A DNA stretch of 32,000 nucleotides from Arcobacter suis CECT 7833. Its GTDB lineage: Bacteria > Campylobacterota > Campylobacteria > Campylobacterales > Arcobacteraceae. The notes below the pieces were generated by a model. The model made no database searches. It worked only from the letters and a program-made list of their open reading frames with translations, and was not told the DNA's origin. Of the stretch, positions 9,301-17,689 are shown one piece after another. The translations under genes and the position numbers were made by a program. The stretch's first letter is position 1; each line of letters opens with the position of its first letter. Location: positions 2,607,043 through 2,639,042 of the forward strand of contig NZ_CP032100.1 of the NCBI RefSeq assembly GCF_003544815.1, read 5' to 3'.

Positions 9301-11304
9301 TTAAAAACTCTCCCACTCTGCGTCATCTTTTGTTTTAGTTTTAGTTGCAGTCACGTGATTTGACTCATGTTTTACAGCTTTTGGTGTTACTTTTGTGTTT
9401 GATACTATTTTACTTTGGCTTTCAGCAGCATGAATAGCTTTTGCAGCAGCCTTTACGCTCTTAGCCTTAACCTCGTTTTTACCTTTGAATTCTTTTTCAT
9501 CAGCATTTGATACAACTAATTTCGCTATTTGGTCTGTTAATACTGCTACATCATGTGTTTGACTTGCTACCATAGCATTTTGTTGTGTTTGTTGATCTAA
9601 TTGATTTACTGCATCATTTATTTGTTCAATTCCTAGTAACTGTTCTTTTGAAGCATTTTGTATATCTTGGATTAGATTTATTGTATGAGTAATATTTTGA
9701 TTTAACTGTTTATATCCTTCTATCATATTCCCAGCTATTTGTTTACCTTGATTTGCTTTTGTTGTTGCGTTTTCAACAATAGATTTTATCTCTTTAGCTG
9801 CTTCTGCTGAACGAGATGCAAGATTTCTTACTTCTGCTGCAACAACTGCAAATCCTTTTCCAGCTTCTCCAGCGGTTGCTGCTTCTACGGCTGCATTTAA
9901 AGAAAGAATATTTGTTTGGAATGCTATTTGATCTATTACACTTATTGCTTCATTTATTGCATTTACTTGTATATTTATTTCATCCATTGAAACTGTTGTT
10001 TGATTTGCTAGTTTTTCACCATGTGTTGCAGAGGCTGTTACTTCATTTGAAAGGCTTGCCATTTTTGAAATATTCTCTGTATTATTTCTAATATTAGAAG
10101 TTATCTCTTCAATAGCTGCTGCTGTTTCTTCTAAAGAAGCTGCTGCTTCATTTGAGCTTTGATTTAATTTATCTACATTTACAAGAAGGATATTTGAGCT
10201 TTCATCTAAAGTCAATCCATTTGTTTTATTTTCAACTAACATTTGAGTAATTGAGTTTTGCAAAGTGTTAATACCTGTTACTAATTTCTCAAATAATCCA
10301 CCTCTTTCATCATTTGGGTGCATATTTAAAGTTTCTAAATAGTTAAGTCTTGCATATTGTTCTAAAATATCATCAACTTCTGCAAATCTATCTCTTGTAC
10401 TTTTTATCATTTGGTTTACATTATTTTTAAACTCTTCTAAAGAAGCATTTGAAGTTGACTTTTCTATAAATTGTCCATACCATCCATTATTTACTCTTGT
10501 CATTACTACTTTTGCATCTTCGATTAAGGCCACATCTTGGTTTAATGTATTTTCTATTTGTTTTATATTTTCATTTACAAACAGTGCCATCTCTCCGAAT
10601 TCATCTTTTGCACTATCTTCTAGTAATGAAATCTTTGTTGTTTTTTTGTTTAAATAATCAAAGAAAGATAGAAGTCCATTTTTGAAATCTGTCAAAGACT
10701 TAGTAACGATATTTGAAATTAGTAAAGAGAATGCTATAAATACTAAAACTGAAACTATTACTAAAATTAGTAAAATATTGTTTAATAAACTATGTGCTTC
10801 ATCTTTTAATTGTAAAGCATTTTTATTTATCTCTACTATTTTACCTTCTAAAACCACTCCTGATTCTGACATTGTTTTAATAGTATTTTTTATTTGTTCT
10901 GTTTCTTCTTTTATACCATTATTTTGATTTTCTATTATTTTTGATACGACTATATTAAAGTTATTAACATATTCTTTCGAAGAAACTAGTATTTCACTAC
11001 TCAATTCTATATTTTTTGGAAAAACTAATTTCGCTTTTAATTCCAGTACAGATTCATCTAATGCTTTAAAGTTATCTATTACTTTTTGTTTATTTACATC
11101 ATTTGGAGTTCTTAAAAATTGATAAACAGAAATTCTTCCTTTTAACAATTGTTGAATAAACTCTTCTGTTTGTATTGCCACTTGATTTCTTGAATTCTCT
11201 AATCCACTATAGTGAAAATATACAAATCCCGATACTACTACTATTATTACAAACATAAATGGAAACAATAAAAGTTTCATTTTTGTGTTTATGTTTTTTA
11301 TCAT
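9301..11304 (-). CDS. methyl-accepting chemotaxis protein
   Basis: It has TM1, a ~150-aa helical periplasmic region, TM2 and a HAMP-like segment. The signalling tip is highly conserved: [48 protein letters not shown] long Lys/Ala/Thr-rich tail ends in EWESF. Confidence 0.9.
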   Translation of the reverse strand: MIKNINTKMKLLLFPFMFVIIVVVSGFVYFHYSGLENSRNQVAIQTEEFIQQLLKGRISVYQFLRTPNDVNKQKVIDNFKALDESVLELKAKLVFPKNIELSSEILVSSKEYVNNFNIVVSKIIENQNNGIKEETEQIKNTIKTMSESGVVLEGKIVEINKNALQLKDEAHSLLNNILLILVIVSVLVFIAFSLLISNIVTKSLTDFKNGLLSFFDYLNKKTTKISLLEDSAKDEFGEMALFVNENIKQIENTLNQDVALIEDAKVVMTRVNNGWYGQFIEKSTSNASLEEFKNNVNQMIKSTRDRFAEVDDILEQYARLNYLETLNMHPNDERGGLFEKLVTGINTLQNSITQMLVENKTNGLTLDESSNILLVNVDKLNQSSNEAAASLEETAAAIEEITSNIRNNTENISKMASLSNEVTASATHGEKLANQTTVSMDEINIQVNAINEAISVIDQIAFQTNILSLNAAVEAATAGEAGKGFAVVAAEVRNLASRSAEAAKEIKSIVENATTKANQGKQIAGNMIEGYKQLNQNITHTINLIQDIQNASKEQLLGIEQINDAVNQLDQQTQQNAMVASQTHDVAVLTDQIAKLVVSNADEKEFKGKNEVKAKSVKAAAKAIHAAESQSKIVSNTKVTPKAVKHESNHVTATKTKTKDDAEWESF

Positions 11305-11597
11305 TATTTTTCCTAATAAATTAATATTCTACATTATATACTATTTTTATTACATTTAGTTGTAGAAAAATAGCATAGAAATAGCAATTTTTATACAATA
11401 ATCTATAAAAGTACTATATTTAAACAGTTAAATAATTTAATAATTAACTTATATGTTATTTATTAATAAAATAATAACTAATGAATTTAGATAAAAAGAT
11501 ATATTTATGATAGATAAATTTAAAAAAAATTAGCTCAAAATATGTTAGATTTATTTATGTTAAGTTAATAAGATATAGAAACAAAGATTAGCTAAAA

Positions 11598-12542
11598 TTA
11601 GCCTATCTTTGCAATTCTAAAAGCAACTGCATGTTCATATATCAAAGAATTACTATAAAAACAAGTAATCATTCCATTACATGGAGCTAAAAATTGATGA
11701 ATAACTTCACCTTCTAAAGAGTGTACTATTTCCCCAATAACTTGGTCTTTTGAGACATAATTTCCTGGAAGTTCTTTTGAAATAAAAATACCACTTCTTG
11801 GTGATTTTACAACATCTATAGAGTTTCTATCAATTACAGTTGATTCATAACCATTAAAAATATGATAATCAACTATTTTTGTTTTATCCATAAATCTAAT
11901 CATTGCTTGATTTATTTGACTTGCAATTTTTTTATCAACTTGATTATCACTTGGACAGATAATTGAAAATGCTTTTGTTCCCCAAAGTTGCCAATTATAT
12001 TGTAAAGTAACAGTATCTATTGATTTCATAGTTCTGTGATGAATCATTTTAAAACCAAACTCTTTTGCACTTTTTAAATCTTCATATCCACTTTTATATA
12101 GTTTTATATAAGGTAGACAAGTTGCTGGATCTGGTCTTCTTTCAAGAATAATTCCATAATCATAACCACTAATTGCATCAAATACTTTTTTAGCAATTCT
12201 TTGAGTAGTTTCGCCCAACTCATAACCTGGGAACATCATATTTATATCTGTGTTATCTAAAGGCCAAAATCTTTTTCCAATATTTAAAGCATAATGATTA
12301 ATTGATGGAATTATTAAAACATCACCTTTTATTTTCTCTTTATCAATCTTATTTTTGAAAAAATCAACCATTGTTGAAGCACAATATAAAGGTAAAATTG
12401 AATCCCCTTCCATTGCACCAACAATTGCAACTTTAGGAGCTTTTGGGTTTGTTCCTTTAAATAAATAACCTTCTACAACTAATGGAGCTCGACTTAATGA
12501 TTCAATTCTTAGTATTTCAATTTTTTCCACTATTATCTCCAA
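11598..12542 (-). CDS. AstE/AspA (succinylglutamate desuccinylase/aspartoacylase) family paralog lacking the metal/catalytic residues (predicted pseudoenzyme)
   Basis: It aligns along its length with the upstream paralog (IKGDVLIIPSIN.../...FPG blocks). However, GIHGDELEG becomes GAMEGDSIL, DLNRTFPG becomes DINMMFPG, IDIHSS becomes IILERR and VVEMG becomes SIICP. The start is uncertain: TTG 12542, or GTG 12530 preceded by GGAG. Confidence 0.65.
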   Translation of the reverse strand: MEIIVEKIEILRIESLSRAPLVVEGYLFKGTNPKAPKVAIVGAMEGDSILPLYCASTMVDFFKNKIDKEKIKGDVLIIPSINHYALNIGKRFWPLDNTDINMMFPGYELGETTQRIAKKVFDAISGYDYGIILERRPDPATCLPYIKLYKSGYEDLKSAKEFGFKMIHHRTMKSIDTVTLQYNWQLWGTKAFSIICPSDNQVDKKIASQINQAMIRFMDKTKIVDYHIFNGYESTVIDRNSIDVVKSPRSGIFISKELPGNYVSKDQVIGEIVHSLEGEVIHQFLAPCNGMITCFYSNSLIYEHAVAFRIAKIG

Positions 12543-13470
12543 AAATTCTAGCTATTAAAGAACCCTCATAAACAACTGGATATTCTCTTAGAGTAAATAA
12601 TATTCCATCATTTGGAGCAAACAATGTAGCATGGATAGTTCCAGTTAAAGGATCAACAATATCCCCTATTTTTTCATCTTTTTTGATAATTGCACAATGG
12701 TCAAGTGCAGGAACAAACAATCCACTTTTTGGTGCATTTAGATAATAAACTTCTCCAACTTCTGAGTTAAAGGCTTCTCTTACAATAAAATCATCTTTAC
12801 ACTCAATAATGCCTTCTTTTTTCATAAGGTTTAAAATACCCAATAATAATTGATGTCCATAAGCTTTTGTAAGTCTCATTCCAACACCCATTTCAACAAC
12901 CAGTGTTTTTGTGCCCATAGAATTCATAGTGTGTGAAAAAGTTGATTCTAAAACTGTAACAGCATCATGAATCCAAATAAAATCACAATTTAACTCTTTA
13001 GCAAGGGGCAAAGTAGATTTTGAGAATTCTTTATTTATTCTAATTTGAGGAATTTCTCGTAAGAAAATATTACTTGAGTGAATATCAATAGCAATATCAC
13101 TCCCTTTTACATCATTTGCCAAAGCATGAACAACTTGTCCGGGCAAAAATTCATTTGCACTTCCTGGAAAAGTTCTATTCAAATCAACATCATATAAAGG
13201 AAATCCTCTTGTTATCGTATCTACACCCAAAGAGTTAACAGCTGGATAAACATCAATTATCCCTTTTATTTTATCACTATTATTATTTAGCCAATCAGAT
13301 AAAAGATATATAACTAATTGACCTTCTAACTCATCTCCATGGATTCCACTTACAATTGAAATTCTTTTTATTTTATTTTTCGATTTTTCTAAAGGTTCAA
13401 ATCTAGTTCTTTTTATAGATAATTTTTCGCCTACTGGTAATTCAGATGTAAAAATCTCTGTTGTATTCAT
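12517..13470 (-). CDS. AstE/AspA family zinc deacylase / M14-like carboxypeptidase-fold hydrolase (catalytic residues present)
   Basis: Zinc motif SGIHGDELEG (H44, E47), DLNRTFPG, second His in AIDIHSS and acidic residue in TLVVEMG. The C-terminal barrel-like segment is GDIVDPLTGTIHATLFAPNDGILF. Its ATG shares one nucleotide with the upstream stop (TAATG at 13468-13472). Confidence 0.75.
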   Translation of the reverse strand: MNTTEIFTSELPVGEKLSIKRTRFEPLEKSKNKIKRISIVSGIHGDELEGQLVIYLLSDWLNNNSDKIKGIIDVYPAVNSLGVDTITRGFPLYDVDLNRTFPGSANEFLPGQVVHALANDVKGSDIAIDIHSSNIFLREIPQIRINKEFSKSTLPLAKELNCDFIWIHDAVTVLESTFSHTMNSMGTKTLVVEMGVGMRLTKAYGHQLLLGILNLMKKEGIIECKDDFIVREAFNSEVGEVYYLNAPKSGLFVPALDHCAIIKKDEKIGDIVDPLTGTIHATLFAPNDGILFTLREYPVVYEGSLIARIFGDNSGKN

Positions 13471-14135
13471 TAATCCTCAACTATTATTTTATTAATCTTA
13501 GCATTTATAGAGTTCATTATTGTTTCATGAGACTCGTTTTTATCATGAGGCACAAATTTTGATGCTGGTGCTAATCTAGTTACAATTTTATCTATTTCTT
13601 CCATAATTACAAGTGAAAATTCCTTGTCTTCTCCCAATCGTAAATGGAAATCAACTTTTTCAACAAGTTTCCCAAGTCTTATAAAATAATCACTTGTATT
13701 TCTATGTTGTTTTCTTGTTAATTCACCCCAAACTTCACTAATTAAAGATTGAATTTTATCAATAAATTCATAATCCAAATCAAAAGTATTATTACAAGAG
13801 TGTTTTAAAAGAGTTGATAATTCTATTACTGAACCAAAAGCTTCTGTATCCATAACACTTCGGCAAGTAATTGCGTTTTCTCTTACATAACTCATTAAAA
13901 GACTTAAATTTGCTTCATGATTTCCACAAATTCCAGCTTTTAAGAACTCTTTTGCAGTTGAATACTCAATATCAATATCTAACTTTTTGTAAAAATCTTT
14001 TCCTTTTTCTTTATCCGTATCAATTACCGCATCAAAGGCAATTACAACTTCAATTAAAGTAGCTTCGATTCTCTCTAAATATCTTCCAAACCAATATAAA
14101 TTATTCGCCACATTTGCTGTTAATAATTGTTCCAT
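13470..14135 (-). CDS. alpha-E domain protein (stand-alone)
   Basis: Signature NLYWFGRYLERIEA lies near the N-terminus, matching ENLFWLGRYLTRA in the fused protein at 5909-8398. I prefer ATG 14135 (MEQLLTANV...), which is preceded by GGAGG with an 8-nt spacer and lies 1 nt after the upstream TAA. The track's start at 14174 would overlap the upstream gene. Confidence 0.75.
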   Translation of the reverse strand: MEQLLTANVANNLYWFGRYLERIEATLIEVVIAFDAVIDTDKEKGKDFYKKLDIDIEYSTAKEFLKAGICGNHEANLSLLMSYVRENAITCRSVMDTEAFGSVIELSTLLKHSCNNTFDLDYEFIDKIQSLISEVWGELTRKQHRNTSDYFIRLGKLVEKVDFHLRLGEDKEFSLVIMEEIDKIVTRLAPASKFVPHDKNESHETIMNSINAKINKIIVED

Positions 14136-14136
14136 T

Positions 14137-15501
14137 TTATGCCTCCATAACCCAAGTATCTTTAAATCCACCACCTTGAGATGAATTAACTAAATAATTT
14201 CCAGCTTCCATAGCATATCGTGTAAGTCCACATTTCCAAACCTTTGGTTCATCACTCATTACAACATAAGCTCTAAAATCGGCTTTTCTTGGAACTATTT
14301 CATCATTTAAATAACACTCTTCATCATAAAACTCTATTAACTCTTGAGCTATAAACCTTCTAGGATTTGCTTTAATAATAGTTTTCAAATCTTCTAACTG
14401 AATTTTTGTCATAGAATGACCAAACATAACACCATAACCACCTGCTTCTGCCACATCTTTGATTACAAGTTTTTCCATATTATCAAAAACATATTTTTTA
14501 TCTTCTTCAAAATAAGGTAAATATGTTGGTGCATTATCTAAAATAGGCTCTTCTCCTAAATAATATTTAATCATTTTTGGAACAAAATAATAGATACCTT
14601 TATCATCAGCAACTCCATTTCCTGGGGCATTCATAATGGCTACATTTCCAGCTAAATATGATTCCATGATTCCAGGAACTCCTATTAAACTCTCTTCATT
14701 AAAGAATTTTGGATCTAAAAACTCATCATCAAGCCTTCTATAAACTGCTCCAACTCTAACTAATCTTCCATCATAATTTTTAAAATATAAAATTTTATTT
14801 TGTACAACTAATTCATTATTTCTTACAAGTTGAGCGCCTGATTTTTTTGCTAAATATGCATGTTCATAATAAGCTGAATTAAATCTTCCGGGAGTTAAAA
14901 CTACATTTATTCCACCACAATTAACATAATCCATAGATTCTTTTAACATAGATGGATACTCTTTAATAGGTTTGATTTTTAATTTTTCAAAAAACTCTGG
15001 ATAGATTTTTCTATAAGTATCTCTAATTGATAAAGGATAACTAGCTCCACTTGGAACTCTTAAATTATCTTCTAAAATAACCCATTTATCTGAAACTGTA
15101 TCTTTTACTAAATCGATTCCATTAATATGTGTTCTGATTTTTTTTGAAGGAGAGAATCCTTGAAGTTCTTTTAAATACCCTTTTGCTTGGTAAATAAACT
15201 CTTCAGGAACAACATTGTCTTTTATGATATTTTTTGTAGTATATAAATCTTCTAAGAATAAATTTAAAGCTTTTATTCTTTGACTTAAACCTCTATCGAT
15301 TATATCAAACTCTTTTGTCTCTATAATTCTTGGTATTACATCGAATGGTAAAGATCTTTCAATAAAATTTCCATCTTTATAAAGATTGAAATTAACAGCA
15401 AACTTATCCATATACTTTTGGAACTCTTTTATTTTTTGTCTATCTTGATTTGAAAAGGTTTCCCAAAAAATTTCAGATACACTACTTTTTTCATTACTCA
15501 A
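14137..15501 (-). CDS. circularly permuted ATP-grasp type 2 protein
   Basis: Homologous over its whole length to the N-terminal half of the 829-aa protein at 5909-8398. TTG start at 15501 with a GGAGG Shine-Dalgarno (15508-15512) 6 nt upstream. Confidence 0.8.
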   Translation of the reverse strand: MSNEKSSVSEIFWETFSNQDRQKIKEFQKYMDKFAVNFNLYKDGNFIERSLPFDVIPRIIETKEFDIIDRGLSQRIKALNLFLEDLYTTKNIIKDNVVPEEFIYQAKGYLKELQGFSPSKKIRTHINGIDLVKDTVSDKWVILEDNLRVPSGASYPLSIRDTYRKIYPEFFEKLKIKPIKEYPSMLKESMDYVNCGGINVVLTPGRFNSAYYEHAYLAKKSGAQLVRNNELVVQNKILYFKNYDGRLVRVGAVYRRLDDEFLDPKFFNEESLIGVPGIMESYLAGNVAIMNAPGNGVADDKGIYYFVPKMIKYYLGEEPILDNAPTYLPYFEEDKKYVFDNMEKLVIKDVAEAGGYGVMFGHSMTKIQLEDLKTIIKANPRRFIAQELIEFYDEECYLNDEIVPRKADFRAYVVMSDEPKVWKCGLTRYAMEAGNYLVNSSQGGGFKDTWVMEA

Positions 15502-15581
15502 ATTACACCTCCTGAACTGATAAATTCTAGTCTCATTTGTCTGAAAATAAACTAAATTATTCTTTTATCAAACAATTTGGT

Positions 15582-15598
15582 TGTATAATTATTATACA
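15582..15598. promoter_or_regulatory. 17-bp perfect palindrome TGTATAAT-T-ATTATACA containing an extended -10 element on each strand; candidate promoter/operator of the 15501-11598 operon
   Basis: Read directly: 15582-15589 tgtataat, 15590 t, 15591-15598 attataca. On the minus strand this reads ATGTATAATAATT, about 85-90 nt upstream of the TTG start. Confidence 0.3.
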
Positions 15599-15625
15599 TA
15601 AGTTTATGATTATTTTATATTATCT

Positions 15626-15663
15626 AAAAAAAAAGGGAAAGGATAAAATATCCTTTCCCTTTT
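15626..15663 (-). terminator. rho-independent terminator of typA
   Basis: An 11-bp perfect stem pairs 15635-15645 (gggaaaggata) with 15649-15659 (tatcctttccc), with a 3-nt loop. On the minus strand it is followed by a 9-nt U-run (A9 at 15626-15634). It lies 29 nt downstream of the typA stop. Confidence 0.75.
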
Positions 15664-15687
15664 AGAAAATAAGTAAAAAAATAGAAA

Positions 15688-17502
15688 TTAGTTATATTTC
15701 TCTTTTTTTGCAGTTCTTTTTCTAACTGTTGGGTCAAGTTCTCTTTTTCTAACTCTAACAGAAATAGGAGTTACTTCAACAGCTTCATCTTCTTCAATCC
15801 ACTCTAAAGCATTTTCTAAAGACATTGATCTTGGTGGAACTAATTTAATAGCTTCATCAGCACCTGATGATCTAACATTTGATTGTTGTTTACCTTTAGT
15901 TGGGTTAACATCTAAATCATTATCTTTTGCGTGTTGTCCAATTACCATTCCAACATAAACTTTATCTTGAGGTTTAACAAACATAATACCTCTATCTTGT
16001 AAATTGAAAATTGAATATCCAACAGCTTCACCAGCTTCCATAGAAACTAATGCTCCGTATTTTCTTGATTCAACCATTCCAGAATATGGTCTAAACTCTA
16101 AGAATGAGTGATTCATAACACCCTCACCTTTAGTTTCAGTTAAGAACTCTGTTCTAATACCAATTAAACCACGTGCAGGAATTTCAAACTCTAATCTTGT
16201 ATAACCAGCACCCATTGGTACCATATTTGTCATATTAGCTTTTCTTTTTCCAAGTTTTTCGATAATTGCACCTGTATGCTCATCTGGTAAGTCAATTACT
16301 AAATGCTCAAATGGTTCAGTTTTAACACCATCTTCAATTTTTGTAATAACTTCTGGTCTTCCGATACAGAACTCAAAACCTTCTCTTCTCATATTCTCAG
16401 CAAGAATACAAATTTGAAGTTCCCCTCTTCCGTTTACTCTAAATTTACCTTCACCAATTTGCTCATAATTCATAGCAATATTAGTATTCATTTCAGCTGC
16501 TAATCTTTCGTTAATTTTGTTTGAAGTAACAAATTTACCTTCAGTTCCAGCTAATGGAGAATCATTTACAGCAAATGTAACAGATAAAGTTGGCTCTTCA
16601 ATGTGCATAGGGTCTAGTGGCATTGGATTGTTTGGATCACATAAAGAATCTCCAACATCAATAGTTTCAAAACCAGCAACGGCAACGATATCACCAGTTC
16701 CAGCTGTTTTAATATCAAATCTTTCCATACCTTTGAATCCAATAAGTTTAGAAACTCTTCCTTTTACTTTTTCACCATCAGCTTTAACTAAAACTACAGT
16801 TTCACCCATTGAAATAGTACCGTTGAAGATTCTAGCAATTCCGATTTTTCCAATGAAGTTATCGTAATCTAGTGTAAATACTTGTAATTGTAAACCATTT
16901 TCATCAGAACCAACTGGTTTTGGAACTTCAGTTAAAATTGTTTGAAATAATGGAGTTAAATCTTTGTTTTCGTCAGATAAAGCTAATTTTGCATAACCAT
17001 CACGAGCTGCTGCATAAACAACTGGGAAATCTAATTGTTCTTCAGTTGCATCCATTTGAGCAAAAAGGTCAAATACTTCATCAACAACTCTATCTGGATC
17101 TCCACCTGGTTTATCAATTTTATTGATAACAACGATTGGTCTATGTCCTAATGATAAAGCTTTTTTAACAACGAATTTTGTTTGAGGCATAACACCTTCT
17201 TGAGCATCAACAAGTAATAAAACAGAGTCAACCATTTTTAAAACCCTCTCAACTTCTCCACCAAAGTCAGCATGGCCTGGAGTGTCGATGATGTTAATTC
17301 TTACACCTTCATAATCAATAGCTGTATTTTTAGAAAGAATAGTAATACCTCTTTCTTTTTCGATAGCATTGCTATCCATTACTCTTTCATCTACATTTTG
17401 GTGTGAAGAAAAAGTTCCTGATTGTTTTAATAACTCATCTACTAGCGTAGTTTTACCGTGGTCAACGTGTGCAATTACTGCGATATTTCTAATGTCTCTC
17501 AT
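15688..17502 (-). CDS. typA: translational GTPase TypA/BipA
   Basis: G-domain motifs [21 protein letters not shown] plus EF-G-like domain layout; about 600 aa. I prefer the start at 17502 ([19 protein letters not shown]), which matches the usual N-terminal length. The ORF also has an in-frame ATG at 17517. Confidence 0.95.
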   Translation of the reverse strand: MRDIRNIAVIAHVDHGKTTLVDELLKQSGTFSSHQNVDERVMDSNAIEKERGITILSKNTAIDYEGVRINIIDTPGHADFGGEVERVLKMVDSVLLLVDAQEGVMPQTKFVVKKALSLGHRPIVVINKIDKPGGDPDRVVDEVFDLFAQMDATEEQLDFPVVYAAARDGYAKLALSDENKDLTPLFQTILTEVPKPVGSDENGLQLQVFTLDYDNFIGKIGIARIFNGTISMGETVVLVKADGEKVKGRVSKLIGFKGMERFDIKTAGTGDIVAVAGFETIDVGDSLCDPNNPMPLDPMHIEEPTLSVTFAVNDSPLAGTEGKFVTSNKINERLAAEMNTNIAMNYEQIGEGKFRVNGRGELQICILAENMRREGFEFCIGRPEVITKIEDGVKTEPFEHLVIDLPDEHTGAIIEKLGKRKANMTNMVPMGAGYTRLEFEIPARGLIGIRTEFLTETKGEGVMNHSFLEFRPYSGMVESRKYGALVSMEAGEAVGYSIFNLQDRGIMFVKPQDKVYVGMVIGQHAKDNDLDVNPTKGKQQSNVRSSGADEAIKLVPPRSMSLENALEWIEEDEAVEVTPISVRVRKRELDPTVRKRTAKKEKYN

Positions 17503-17689
17503 ATATTCTCTTTGCATAAATTTTCGCGATTATACTAAAAAATAGCTTAAATAGACAAATCAATACACAAAAGCCTTAAAATGTAATCTATTTGTCCAAT
17601 TATGAATTTATTTTCATAATTTGTTAATTACATATTAACAAAATACAAATATCATTACAGCATCTAATTCAAAACAAAAAAGGCTTTTT

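Noticed and set aside
9295-9311. Short inverted repeat (agagtt / aactct, 4-nt loop) between the convergent transglutaminase and MCP stops
   Set aside because: It is only a 6-bp AT-rich stem overlapping the MCP stop codon, with no U-tract. That is too weak to call a terminator.
9816-10927. Three + strand ORFs (9816-10091, 10497-10685, 10682-10927) inside the MCP gene
   Set aside because: They lie antisense to a well-supported MCP coding sequence. Their translations are low-complexity Leu/His/Phe-rich strings typical of shadow ORFs opposite Ala/Glu/Lys-rich genes in AT-rich DNA. No RBS or motif supports them.
11305-11597. 293-bp very AT-rich spacer between the MCP start and the end of the deacylase operon. 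I examined it for tRNA or sRNA, CRISPR repeats, IS ends and small ORFs.
   Set aside because: I found only short, low-complexity A/T repeats and a 5-bp mini-hairpin. There are no direct repeats of CRISPR length, no terminal inverted repeats and no credible ORF. It is most simply the MCP promoter region.
14136-14174. N-terminal extension of the alpha-E ORF overlapping the cpATP-grasp gene
   Set aside because: ATG 14135 has a GGAGG RBS at proper spacing and starts immediately before the conserved alpha-E signature. The extension would require a 38-nt overlap with no RBS.
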